Below are positions 1 through 9,966 of a stretch of 64,000 nucleotides of DNA, piece by piece. The translations under genes were made by a program, and so were the position numbers. This stretch comes from an uncultured Gemmatimonadales bacterium (GTDB taxonomy: Bacteria > Gemmatimonadota > Gemmatimonadetes > Gemmatimonadales > GWC2-71-9), in the NCBI GenBank assembly GCA_963798915.1, contig CAWCVB010000002.1:512001-576000 (forward strand), read 5' to 3'. Each line of letters starts with the position of its first letter. Positions within the stretch are counted from its first letter, which is position 1. The notes under the pieces were generated by a model that saw only the letters and a list, made by a program, of their open reading frames with translations, did no database searches and was not told where the DNA came from.

Positions 1-1026
<1,026 letters not shown>

Positions 1027-1041
1027 CTTTCGAGACAGTTG

Positions 1042-1133
1042 CTAACGCCTTAGCTTTCAGCTGCAAGCACACTACCACCAATGCGGCGAAGCCGCATCCG
1101 AAAAGTGCTTGTCAGCTGCAACGTGTGTTAGGC
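1042..1133 (-). other. integron attC site, R' box interrupted by the IS110
   Basis: Minus strand: GCCTAAC-ACACG-TTGCAGCTG(A)CAAGCAC...GTGCTTGCAGCTGAA...GTTAG; imperfect palindrome with unpaired extra bases in the R''-L'' arm. Confidence 0.8.
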
Positions 1134-1173
1134 TGACGCTTGCGCATATAAGATTCTAAGCGGCAAACACCGC

Positions 1174-1757
1174 TCATCTCGGCCGCGCGGCAAACTCCCG
1201 GAACCCCAACACCATCGCACGAACACAGTCTTTCGGCGTCGGGCCGCCATTGAAGAAACCGCGGCAGGGCTCGCGGATCAATTCCTGGCGGTTTTGCTGA
1301 CCACCCATTCGGCCGCGTCATTGAAAGCCTTCGGATCGTTTGAGGTATTCCGAACCTTAATGATCTTGCCATCTGCCAGAAATAAATGGAAAGTGTCCGT
1401 GACATTAAAGTCGATGCCGAGTGCGCCGATCAGGTCGTCTTTTACGGTAATTGCGCATGTTATCTCCGCCGCAGACTCAAATTTGCAGGGCATCCTCTGA
1501 AGCACCTTATAATTGCCGCCTTGTGCCCAGCCCTGGTAGAACACGACCCGCGGGATCGATGACGCTGCCGATGCCATGGCGGTCTTAAGCTTGTCTGAAT
1601 CGAAGGAATAAAAAGCATCGATAAAGGCTTCAGCTGCTGACAGCTCCGGCGGCCTAGGCGGGGAGGTCTGTCTCGGCGCTCGGTTTGCACAGCCGAGCAG
1701 GCTCGTCAGTACGGCAACCACGACGACGAAGACAAACGAGGAATGTCTGATATGCAT
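1174..1757 (-). pseudogene. cassette-borne lipoprotein (SnoaL/NTF2-like), frameshift near 1300
   Basis: Signal peptide with lipobox LLGC; ORF stops at 1278, but another frame continues ELIREPCRGFFNGGPTPKDCVRAMVLGFREFAARPR to TGA at 1174, about 40 bp from the attC. Confidence 0.6.
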
Positions 1758-1771
1758 TTGATGAGTGTGCG

Positions 1772-1841
1772 GCAGCCTAACAAGTATTCGACTGCGAACC
1801 CGCAGCCTAAGCCAATAAGCACTATACCGGCCGCAGCCTAA
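1772..1841 (-). other. attI-like site (GTTAGGC core plus two direct repeats)
   Basis: GCAGCCTAA at 1772, 1802 and 1833 (period 30-31 bp); the first copy is a full GTTRRRY core just upstream of the cassette ORF and has no palindromic partner. Confidence 0.55.
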
Positions 1842-1963
1842 TCCGGGAAGACTGCGGGCCAGCCGGTCGCACGCACCGCGGAACACGCGATGCGCCCCCG
1901 AGTGGGTCATGTCTCGCAGTCCTTCGCTGGCTTGGCATCGCCAAGCTATCCGCGATGCGCCTT

Positions 1964-2070
1964 GCGCTATGCGCTATGCGCTATTCGCTATCCGCTATGC
2001 ACTCAGCGCTCAGCGCTCAGCGCACAGCGCACAGCGCACAGCCTCAGCGCACAGCCTTCAGCCCACAGCC
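1964..2070. repeat. degenerate heptamer tandem repeats
   Basis: GCGCTAT, GCGCTCA and GCGCACA units seen directly. Confidence 0.8.
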
Positions 2071-2570
2071 TTCAACTCCACCCCGATCTCCGGCCCCACC
2101 CGCAGCGTCTGCAACACCACGCAATAGCGCTCCGTCAACTTGAGCAGCGTGGCCAGCTGCTCCTCGCTGGCACTGGTCTCGAGCTCGAAGCGCAGCCGGA
2201 TCGTGCCAAAGCCCACCCGCGCTTCCTTGCTGACGCCCAGCGTACCCCGGAAATCCAGATCACCCTCGGCGCGGATGCGGCCCGCGGAGACCGGAATGTC
2301 GAGCGCCGTGGCTACGGCACGCAGCGTCACGCCAGCACAGGCCACCAGCGCCTGGAGCAGCAGGTCGCCAGAGCAGGCCTGCAGCCCCGTTCCGCCCGTG
2401 GCCGGATGGAGGCCCGCCTCCACCAGCGCCTGCCCAGTCTCCACTCGGCACGATATGCCGGGATCATCCACCCGAGCCTCCGCCCTCAGCGTGACCACGG
2501 CCCGGTCCGGCTCGGCGCGGTAGAGCTCCTTGAGAGGGGCCTGCAATGCCCGCAGGTCGTCTGGGCGCAC
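2058..2570 (-). CDS. OsmC/Ohr family protein
   Basis: LLQALVACAGVT and TERYCVVLQTL two-Cys motifs. Confidence 0.9.
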   Translation of the reverse strand: MRPDDLRALQAPLKELYRAEPDRAVVTLRAEARVDDPGISCRVETGQALVEAGLHPATGGTGLQACSGDLLLQALVACAGVTLRAVATALDIPVSAGRIRAEGDLDFRGTLGVSKEARVGFGTIRLRFELETSASEEQLATLLKLTERYCVVLQTLRVGPEIGVELKAVG

Positions 2571-2892
2571 GGGTGGCTCCGGTGGTTGGAGGCAGAAGGC
2601 TGAAGGGTGAAAGCTGAATGGCTGAAAGCTAAGCGGTCAGGCGATCGCGAGTGCATCACAGCCCCTGAGATCCAGATGAGGCCGGAGCTTCAGCAGTCTC
2701 CCAAACCCTCTGCGTCCTCCGCGCCTCCGCGTCTCTGCGGTGAGCAGTTGCGGATCCATGAATGGGGCATCGATGTCCGAGCCGCTCAGCCGTGCCAAAC
2801 CGGCATCGCGGCTTGTGAGAGATTCGAGGCGCAGAGCCGCTGGGCCGCTGAGTCGCCGAGCCGCCGAGCCGCCGAGCCTGCTATCTTCCCCC

Positions 2893-4686
2893 ATGGCCAG
2901 TTCCAAATCCCGTCCCGAACCGACCCCGCTCGCCGCCGCAACCGCACCTTTTTTCAACGCCGCCCGGCTTCTCTCCTCCAATCTTGCCGCACTCCGGCAT
3001 GATGAGCAGACCATGCTCGTCATCCTGGCCGGCATCATCGGCACTACCGTCGGGTTCGGCGTCAGCGTGTTCTACCGGCTGATCGACCTGGTCCAGGATG
3101 TCGTGCTCCGCTCGGCGCTCCGCATTCCCATCACCGACTTCATCCTGATCCCGCTCTTCGTCGCCGTCGGTTTGGCGGCCTGCCGCTGGCTCTTTCTCTA
3201 CGGGGCACGGGGCTCCAACGGCGAGAACATTCCGGATGTGATGTACCGGGTGGGCGTGAAGGGGGGCGTGATTCCGCTCACGCCGGTGCTGGCCAAGACG
3301 GTGGCGGCGGCCGTGGTGATCGGGACCGGCGGATCAGTCGGGGCCGAAGGCCCCGTGGTCGTCCTGGGCGCCGGTACGGCCTCCAAGCTCGGCCGCTGGA
3401 TGAAGGCCTCGCCCAACCGCCTCCGCACCCTGGCCGGCTGCGGCGCCGCGGCCGGTATCTCGGCGGCGTTCAACGCTCCCATCGCCGGCGTGATCTTCGG
3501 CATCGAGAAGATTACCGGCGCCGCCGGCGGAATGGCGCTCGCCCCCTATGTGGTCGGCAGCATTCTGGCAGCCACGGTGTCGCGCAGCATCTTCGGCAAC
3601 CGGCCGGTGCTGGCGATGCCGGCAGCCTTTGGGGTGCACAGCCCCTGGGAAATGCTGCTCTACGCGGTGCTGGGTGTGCTCACCGGCATCGTGGCCGTGG
3701 TGTATTCCCGCGGTGTGTGGCGGACCCAGGATCAATTTGCCCGCCTGCGTTCACCCTGGACCCGGATCGTGGTCGGCGCCCTGGTCATCGGCGCACTGGA
3801 CATCCTGTTCCGTCAGGATCTCTGGGGTCACGGCCACCAGAGCCTCAATCTCGGCATTGTGGCTTCCCGCTCCGGCCTGTTCCTGCTCGGCCTCAGCGCC
3901 GCCAAGCTCCTGGCCACGGCGGTCACCTTTGGCGCCGGCGGCACGGGCGGCGTGTTCACGCCGGCACTGTTCATCGGCGCCACGCTGGGCGGCGCGTTTG
4001 GTGTGCTGGCGCGCCACCTGTTCCCGGCGTCGCCCGTGCTGCCCGGCGCCATGGCCCTGGTGGGGATGGCCGGCCTGGTGGCCGGCGCAACCCACGCGCC
4101 CCTCACGGCCATTTTCATGGTGTTCGAGATGACGGGCGACTATGCGCTGATCCTCCCGCTGATGCTCACCAGCGTGCTCGCCTACATGGTCTCGCGCCGG
4201 CTGCATCCGGAATCCATCTATACCGAATGGCTGGTGCGACGCGGCGTGGTGCTCTCCCAGGGCGCCGACGCGGTGGTGCTGGCACGAGCCATCGTGTCCG
4301 ACTGCTACAACCGCGATCCGCTCACGGTGCCGGCCTCGGCAGACGTGCCGGCGATTCTCGAGCTCACCCGTGGAAGCCGCCAGACCGAATTCCCGGTGGT
4401 GAGCGTCCACGGCCGCCTGGTGGGCATGCTGTCGCGCGAGACCCTGCGCGAACTCGACGAAGAGACGCCGCCCGGGGCAGTGCTGGCCACGGACCTGGCC
4501 CGTCTGTCAGTCAAGCCGGTGACGCCGGAGGATTCACTGCTGACCGCGATGCGGCGCCTCGGCGCGGTGGACGTGGACTACCTGCCGGTGGTGTCGGTGC
4601 GAGACCGCGGCCGGCTGGTTGGCGTCGTGGGACGGCATGACCTGACGGCGGCCTACGATCGGATGATGGCGGAAGAAGCACATTGA
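2893..4686 (+). CDS. ClC chloride channel/antiporter with CBS domain pair
   Basis: GGSVGAEGP, AAFNAPIAG, GGVFTP and IY motifs; C-terminal CBS domains; start uncertain. Confidence 0.93.
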   Translation: MASSKSRPEPTPLAAATAPFFNAARLLSSNLAALRHDEQTMLVILAGIIGTTVGFGVSVFYRLIDLVQDVVLRSALRIPITDFILIPLFVAVGLAACRWLFLYGARGSNGENIPDVMYRVGVKGGVIPLTPVLAKTVAAAVVIGTGGSVGAEGPVVVLGAGTASKLGRWMKASPNRLRTLAGCGAAAGISAAFNAPIAGVIFGIEKITGAAGGMALAPYVVGSILAATVSRSIFGNRPVLAMPAAFGVHSPWEMLLYAVLGVLTGIVAVVYSRGVWRTQDQFARLRSPWTRIVVGALVIGALDILFRQDLWGHGHQSLNLGIVASRSGLFLLGLSAAKLLATAVTFGAGGTGGVFTPALFIGATLGGAFGVLARHLFPASPVLPGAMALVGMAGLVAGATHAPLTAIFMVFEMTGDYALILPLMLTSVLAYMVSRRLHPESIYTEWLVRRGVVLSQGADAVVLARAIVSDCYNRDPLTVPASADVPAILELTRGSRQTEFPVVSVHGRLVGMLSRETLRELDEETPPGAVLATDLARLSVKPVTPEDSLLTAMRRLGAVDVDYLPVVSVRDRGRLVGVVGRHDLTAAYDRMMAEEAH

Positions 4687-4687
4687 C

Positions 4688-4728
4688 AGGACGGGCGGGA
4701 CGGGCAGGACGGGCAGGGGCGGGCAGGA
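4688..4728. repeat. 9-mer tandem repeat (GGACGGGCA-like) between convergent genes
   Basis: Seen directly; same unit at 33450-33480 and inverted at 38181-38224. Confidence 0.8.
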
Positions 4729-4775
4729 GGGCCCGGAATCATGCGGTCGGTTCCGGGCCCTCGCTGCGCCGCACA

Positions 4776-5723
4776 TTACTGGTCCGTCGTATCCGGCAGT
4801 GCAGCCGGCAGTTCCTGCTTCCAGCTTCTCACGTACATCACGAACTCCGCGGCCTTTTCGTCCAGGTCCACAGCTGAGACCGCGTCGCCGGCCAGGCCGC
4901 GCATGCGCTCCAGGCTCACCGCCGCCTTGCCGTAGGTCGAGTCCACCTGCAGCGTGCGGTCGAATACGTCCCTTGCCGCCGCGTAGTGACGGCTTCCCTC
5001 GAGGGCAATACCGAGATTGTTGAGGAAGACGGGCGCATTGCCGCGCAGCTCGACCGCACGGGCCAGCGGTGCGATGGCGTCCTCGTAGTTTCCCTGCTCG
5101 ATATAGATCAGGCCCAGGTTGTTCATGCTCCACACATCCTGCTCATCCTGCACCAGCACATTGCGATAGGCGTCGATGGCGCCGGGAACATCACCGGTAT
5201 TGTAGAGCGCGCGGGCGTAGAGGCGCTGCGCATCGATGCTGGCGGAGTCGACGCCCAGGGCGCGTTCGACCCGCTCACGCGCCAGCTCCGGCTTGCCCGC
5301 TTCGAAATACACGCGGGCGGAGTTGAGCAGCGTCTTCAGATGCATCGAATCGATGGCGAGTGCCCGATCAAAGGCGCTGCTGGCCCGTGCCAGGTCGCCG
5401 GCCTTCCAGGCCGAGAGCCCGGCCATGTACTGACCGAAGAGATTGTCGGGCTTCTGCTCGGTATAGGCGGCGAAGATGGTCTCGGCGTCGTCGTATCGGC
5501 CGGCGCGATAGGCAGCTTCGCCGTCTTCGTAGCTGGCGTTCACGGTCGCCGTCGCGGTGGGCACGGCGGCGGCGTGCACCGGCGCAGATGGCGTGCTGGC
5601 GCTGACCGACGTGACGGTGGTGGCACTGGTGTCGCTGGGCCTGGCCTCGTCACCGCAAGCGGCAACGCTGAGTGAGAACAGGGCGGCGAGGGCGGTGAGT
5701 GAATACGCGTGACGGTGTGACAT
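4776..5723 (-). CDS. TPR-repeat lipoprotein
   Basis: Lipobox VAAC; multiple TPR helices (NNLGLIY, FLNNLG); GGAGG RBS. Confidence 0.88.
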   Translation of the reverse strand: MSHRHAYSLTALAALFSLSVAACGDEARPSDTSATTVTSVSASTPSAPVHAAAVPTATATVNASYEDGEAAYRAGRYDDAETIFAAYTEQKPDNLFGQYMAGLSAWKAGDLARASSAFDRALAIDSMHLKTLLNSARVYFEAGKPELARERVERALGVDSASIDAQRLYARALYNTGDVPGAIDAYRNVLVQDEQDVWSMNNLGLIYIEQGNYEDAIAPLARAVELRGNAPVFLNNLGIALEGSRHYAAARDVFDRTLQVDSTYGKAAVSLERMRGLAGDAVSAVDLDEKAAEFVMYVRSWKQELPAALPDTTDQ

Positions 5724-5783
5724 GGGAGCCTCCTCCAGTTGGGCGCCGGGGCGCCGGTGCGTGATGACGACACCCATGGAGAA

Positions 5784-5800
5784 GGCAAGCGGCCGGCCAG
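5784..5800 (-). promoter_or_regulatory. putative sigma54 (-24/-12) promoter for the TPR gene
   Basis: CTGGCCGGCCGCTTGCC gives GG-N10-GC; adjacent to an NtrC-type activator gene. Confidence 0.5.
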
Positions 5801-5972
5801 ACGGGGCGGGCCTTGGTTGTGCCCGGTAATACGTTGCGACGAATGAAGTTGGAAGTGAGGAGTGGGAACTGGGGAAACCGTTTCGTGTTTCGATGGACAC
5901 GCGAAGGGTTAGGACCAAGTGTCCGGGTTGACACGGACAGGACGGACACGGCGGGCAGGTTCTCGTCGAACC

Positions 5973-6067
5973 GTCATTCCCGCGCAAGCGGGAATCCATG
6001 AGGGCTCATGCGATGTGAATCACCATGCCCGAGGCCCTCCTGGACCCCCGCGTTCGCGGGGGTGTCG
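5973..6067. repeat. palindromic repeat pair (ATTCCC-N8-GGGAAT, dRS3/RPE-like)
   Basis: GTCATTCCCGCGCAAGCGGGAATCCA and inverted degenerate TGGACCCCCGCGTTCGCGGGGGTGTC. Confidence 0.75.
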
Positions 6068-6086
6068 ATTGGGCGACCTTCGCTTC

Positions 6087-6155
6087 CCGTCTAGCCGTCT
6101 AGCCGTCTAGCCGTCTAGCCGTCTAGCCGTCTAGCCGTCTAGCCTTGCCGTCTAG
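6087..6155. repeat. (CCGTCTAG)x7 plus one further copy
   Basis: Seen directly. Confidence 0.95.
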
Positions 6156-7504
6156 CCCTCCAGCCGTCTGATGCCCAGTCGCCGCATGATCTTCAGCAGG
6201 CTGGCATGATCCGCCAGGCCCAGCGCCTCGGCGGTGCGGGTAATGTGCCAGCCATGCTGCTCCAGGGCAGCCATGATGATGCGCCGCTCGGCTTCGACTT
6301 TCTGCTCCTGGTAGGAGTTGCCAGGCGTCGCCGGCTGCGTGCCGCCACGAACGTCATCGGGCACGTGCTCCGCCCGCAGTATCTCGCCGTCCGCCGCAAT
6401 GACCATCCGCTCCAGCACGTTCCGCAGCTCACGCACATTGTTCCGCTTCCAGTCATATGCCATCAGCAGGTCCAGTGCTTCACCCGAGAGCCGTTTCTTC
6501 AGCATTCCGAAGCGCTGGCAGATGTCGGTCAGGAAACGGTCGGCAATGGGACCGATATCCGACGTGCGTTCGCGCAGGGGCGGCACCCTGATCACGTGCG
6601 CATTGAGCCGATAGAGCAGGTCTTCCCGGAAGCGGCCCTCGCGCACCTCCACCTCCAGGTCGCGGTTGGTGGCGGCCACCACACGCGCCTGCACTGCCAC
6701 TGCCTTGGTGCTGCCGAGCGGCATGACGCTGTGGTCCTCCAGCACCCGGAGCAGCTTGGCCTGGGCCGGCTGCGCCAGCTCACCGGCTTCGTCGAGAAAC
6801 AGGGTGCCACGTCCGGCCGACTCGAAGGCGCCGCGCCTGGCAGTGGTCGCCCCGGTAAACGCGCCGCGTTCGTGGCCGAACAGCTCGCTCTCGATCAGAT
6901 GTTCCGGCAGTGCGGCACAATTGATGGCAATGAACGGCGCCGCCGGATTGGCGCCCAGCCGATGAAGGTCGCGCGCCACCAGTTCCTTGCCCGTTCCGCT
7001 CTCGCCCAGGATCAGCACGGTGCTCGGGATGGGCGCAAGACGGCGAACGGCGTCCCGAAGACGCTCGAGCGCCGCGCTGCTGCCGGCAAGCGACGATTCT
7101 CCCAGCCGCTCCTGCAACTGCATCACTTCGCGCCGAAGGCGACGCCGCTCCAGGGCGGACTCCACCTCGTGAAGCACCCGTTCCATCGGCTCGCCCTTGT
7201 CGATGAAGCCGTAGGCGCCAAGGCGCACCGCCTGGATGCAGCGATCGAAATTGCCGGTGCCGGTGTAGACAATGACGGGCACCTCGATGCCGCGGTGCTG
7301 CATCGCATCAAGCACCTGGAAGCCGTCCATGCCCGGCATCTCGAGGTCCAGGATCACGCAGTCAATGTCGCCCTGAGTGACCCGGGCCAGCCCGGCCTCC
7401 CCGCCGTTCGCGGTCGCGGTGTCATGGCCACCCAGCCGCTTGAGATCGTATGCGTACTGCTCGGCAAGCGGCTGGACATCATCCACAATGAGAATCCGGC
7501 TCAT
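6152..7504 (-). CDS. sigma54-dependent response regulator (NtrC family)
   Basis: REC domain, GESGTGKE, GAFTGA, NVRELRN, C-terminal HTH. Confidence 0.96.
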   Translation of the reverse strand: MSRILIVDDVQPLAEQYAYDLKRLGGHDTATANGGEAGLARVTQGDIDCVILDLEMPGMDGFQVLDAMQHRGIEVPVIVYTGTGNFDRCIQAVRLGAYGFIDKGEPMERVLHEVESALERRRLRREVMQLQERLGESSLAGSSAALERLRDAVRRLAPIPSTVLILGESGTGKELVARDLHRLGANPAAPFIAINCAALPEHLIESELFGHERGAFTGATTARRGAFESAGRGTLFLDEAGELAQPAQAKLLRVLEDHSVMPLGSTKAVAVQARVVAATNRDLEVEVREGRFREDLLYRLNAHVIRVPPLRERTSDIGPIADRFLTDICQRFGMLKKRLSGEALDLLMAYDWKRNNVRELRNVLERMVIAADGEILRAEHVPDDVRGGTQPATPGNSYQEQKVEAERRIIMAALEQHGWHITRTAEALGLADHASLLKIMRRLGIRRLEG

Positions 7505-9171
7505 GGGCGGTCTTCCCCGGTCGGCGGCTCGGCCGCAACAGGCAGCGAAACCTCGAACCGTGAGCCGACGCCCGGGCTGCTCTTGGCGCGCAGTCCGCCG
7601 CCCAGGTCCATGACCAGCCGGCGCACACTTGAAAGCCCCAGCCCCGTTCCAGTGGGCTTGGTGGTGTGGAAATCACGGAAGGCGCGGTCGAGCTCTGCGG
7701 CGGTCATTCCATGTCCGGTGTCCGCTACGGACATCATCACCATTCCGTCCCGCTGCTCCAGGCCGACCTCCACGGATCCTTCCCCAGCTGGCAAGCTCTC
7801 GAGCGCATTCGCAATCAGATTATGCATGATGCGGCGCACCGCCGCACCATCGGCGGCCGCGCTCGCGGTGGCGCTCTCTTCCGGAACGTGCAGCGTGACT
7901 CGCGCGTCGCCAATGTCACGAATCACGTGGGCCAGGGTGTCGGCCAGCGGCAGACGGGAACCCTCCCCAGACGCGGCCGCGGGCGAGAGCTGGGCGTAGC
8001 TGCGCGCAATCTCCTCGAGATGGGCTACCCCGCCGGTAAGCGTGGATTCGCGCTCGCGAAACACCGATTGCAGCTCGGCTGCATCCGCTTCAGTGGCGAG
8101 CTGCGAAAGATGGCGCAGGACGTTCCGGATCGGGGCGAGCCCATTCTTGATGTCGTGATTGACCTGACGTGCCAGGTCTCCCGTGACGGCGCGCCGCTCG
8201 GCTTCACGAAGCTGACCGAGACTGCGCCGCAGCCGATGTTGCATGCCACCGAGCGCGGTGCTCAGCCGGCCGATTTCGTCCGGACGTCCGCTGGCAAAAT
8301 CCTGGTCAAGATGTTCCAGGTCCATGCCTTCAGCCTGCTCGGTGAGGTCCCGCAACGGCCGGCTGATGCGCGAGCCCAGCAGCAATGCCAGGAGGACAGC
8401 CAGGATCCCGCTGAGCGCAAGCGCCGTGGCAAGCTGGTGCGATAGCGCGGCGCGCATGGTGGCGAGGTCGCTTCTGCGGCGCCAGATCATGATCGTCGCA
8501 ACGGCATCCGTCGCGGCCGAATCGGCGATCAGCGGCAGGATGAAGCGCGCGACAACCGGGTGCGCCGTTGCCTGTTCGCCTGGCAGGACGAGGGAAACCG
8601 CCATCGCCGTATCTGGCGCCAGGCTGGCGAGCCAGAACGAGTCAAGCACTGTCCCACCGCTGACGACGAGGGTCCTGCCAGACACGGTGACGCGTGCCGC
8701 CCGGGCCAGAACCGGTGCCGACCCGCTGGGCTGCCGCGCGAGGAGCACCCGATTCGAGTCTGCATCCACATCCATCAGTGGCGCCGGCTGTCCATACAGG
8801 GCACGGTACTGGCCCGCGCTCAGCACGATCCCGGTTGAGTCCTGCACCTGGAGGACGTCGAGCCGGGCGGTGCGCATGGCCCCATCCGCAAAATTGATGA
8901 GCCAGCGCTTTGCTGCGGCTTCGCCGCGAAGTGCTCCGGCGGCGCGGGGATCCCGTGCCAGATCGCCAGCGACTTCCTGAAGCTGGCGCGCAATCCGCCG
9001 GCCTTCGATCTCGAGGGCGCCCGAAGCCACGGAGGAAGCCTGCCGGTCCTCGGCCGCTTCGCCCTGGGCCAGCCGATCCGTCATCTCGCGGCGGACGCCC
9101 AGGGCAAAGAAGATGAGCGGGATGAGCGCCGCACCCAGCAGCGCCAGCACGAGGCGACCGCGAAAGGTCAC
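7501..9171 (-). CDS. HAMP-domain sensor histidine kinase
   Basis: TM segments, HAMP (DEIGRL), H-box HDIKNGL, NLIANA, DTGHG, GTGLGL. Confidence 0.94.
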   Translation of the reverse strand: MTFRGRLVLALLGAALIPLIFFALGVRREMTDRLAQGEAAEDRQASSVASGALEIEGRRIARQLQEVAGDLARDPRAAGALRGEAAAKRWLINFADGAMRTARLDVLQVQDSTGIVLSAGQYRALYGQPAPLMDVDADSNRVLLARQPSGSAPVLARAARVTVSGRTLVVSGGTVLDSFWLASLAPDTAMAVSLVLPGEQATAHPVVARFILPLIADSAATDAVATIMIWRRRSDLATMRAALSHQLATALALSGILAVLLALLLGSRISRPLRDLTEQAEGMDLEHLDQDFASGRPDEIGRLSTALGGMQHRLRRSLGQLREAERRAVTGDLARQVNHDIKNGLAPIRNVLRHLSQLATEADAAELQSVFRERESTLTGGVAHLEEIARSYAQLSPAAASGEGSRLPLADTLAHVIRDIGDARVTLHVPEESATASAAADGAAVRRIMHNLIANALESLPAGEGSVEVGLEQRDGMVMMSVADTGHGMTAAELDRAFRDFHTTKPTGTGLGLSSVRRLVMDLGGGLRAKSSPGVGSRFEVSLPVAAEPPTGEDRP

Positions 9172-9929
9172 GGACCGGCTCGCGTGATGAGCGTTGCCCG
9201 GGTTTCCAGCAGCGCAGTGAGTCGCGCGTCGCAGAAAAGCACTGGGGCGCGTCCGGTGTTGAGCAGCGGAATGGCGACCACGACACCGGCCTCCCGGCCG
9301 TCACTCAGCGCCCACGCAAACTCGCGCTGGGCTAGCGGAGCCGAGGTCAGCCTGGCGAGTGCTGCCAGCCGCTCGGCGACTTGTCGCGCCACCACGTCGG
9401 ATTGGAGATAGACGATGCGCGGACGGGCCGTCGCGGCACGGGCAATCGTGCTGTCGCACGGGATGGCGAGCGGTGGCGGGGTGATGGACGGTTGCGCGTC
9501 GGTGGTCACGGCGAAGCGGGCGAGATCGTCACGCACGGCGGCGGCCGAACCTGAGTCCGCCAAGCCAGGCACCGGAACGATGCTGTCGGAGACCAGGGCA
9601 TAGAGTCTGCCCCACGGCAGGAGCTCTGCATGAACGACATCGGCGGGCAGCGATGGATGGAACGGGCCGTGGGTCAGCAGCGGAAGCCGGCCCATCGACA
9701 CCAGCGTGGCCGCGTCACCGGTGTCGGCCAGCTGCCAGTGCAGCGCCGCTGCGTGGAGCATACGCGCCAGCGTGTCGGTGGACAGCGCCAGCGTGTCGCG
9801 CGCATCCGTCACCCAGACGGTGACTGTGTCGGATGGTACCGGACCGGGTGCCGCTGCAGGCGCTTGCGGCCCGGCGCACGCGGCAAGCAGCATGAGTGCC
9901 AGGCCAGGCTGTGCCGCCTTCAAGCTCAT
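9168..9929 (-). CDS. hypothetical lipoprotein coupled to the kinase gene
   Basis: Lipobox LAAC; GTGA overlap with the kinase. Confidence 0.7.
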   Translation of the reverse strand: MSLKAAQPGLALMLLAACAGPQAPAAAPGPVPSDTVTVWVTDARDTLALSTDTLARMLHAAALHWQLADTGDAATLVSMGRLPLLTHGPFHPSLPADVVHAELLPWGRLYALVSDSIVPVPGLADSGSAAAVRDDLARFAVTTDAQPSITPPPLAIPCDSTIARAATARPRIVYLQSDVVARQVAERLAALARLTSAPLAQREFAWALSDGREAGVVVAIPLLNTGRAPVLFCDARLTALLETRATLITRAGP

Positions 9930-9966
9930 GCGAGAAAGCTATCCGGTTCCGCCGGGGAGCGCCGCA

